Assembly (NCBI RefSeq): GCF_006345805.1
Contig: NC_043010.1
Span: 31,372,001-31,436,000, forward strand
Direction of reading: 5' to 3'
Source of the DNA: Octopus sinensis
Taxonomy: Eukaryota
Length of the DNA: 64,000 nt
Below, one piece after another: positions 63,942 to 64,000 of this stretch; within the stretch, counting starts at the first letter, position 1; each line of letters begins with the position of its first letter. The notes under the pieces are model-generated. The model searched no databases and had not been told where the DNA came from. It saw nothing but the letters and a program-made list of their open reading frames with translations. A program made the position numbers and the translations under genes.

Positions 63942-64000
63942 TACATTCCACTCATCTCTAGTATTATTTCTCAAGGTAGGATAGGCTATGCTGGCTACAG

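Overview
AT-rich, microsatellite- and transposon-dense animal DNA. The SINE/LINE/mariner repertoire points to an octopod cephalopod (inference, not a database result). The one host gene I can support is EXOC4 (Sec8, exocyst) on the minus strand. It has 17 phase-consistent GT-AG coding exons from 51516 down to the stop at 20545, encoding the C-terminal ~588 aa. The 5' part lies beyond the window, and there is a candidate extra 30-nt microexon at 58237-58266. Introns and the downstream 20 kb hold decayed RTE LINEs, mariner/Tc1, hAT, Helitron/Helentron and Penelope-like (PLE) remnants, several SINE families, concatemeric arrays and long foldbacks. The most notable signal is a set of PLE-type hammerhead ribozyme (HHR) motifs. 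One is canonical and lies sense in an EXOC4 intron (41136-41228). One is degenerate in the EXOC4 3' UTR. Two sit in a 332-bp tandem repeat and their intact halves complement each other. Two more sit in an inverted dimer of a tRNA-headed short element. All folds and alignments were done by eye, alignments are against recalled human EXOC4, and TE boundaries are approximate unless termini are stated.
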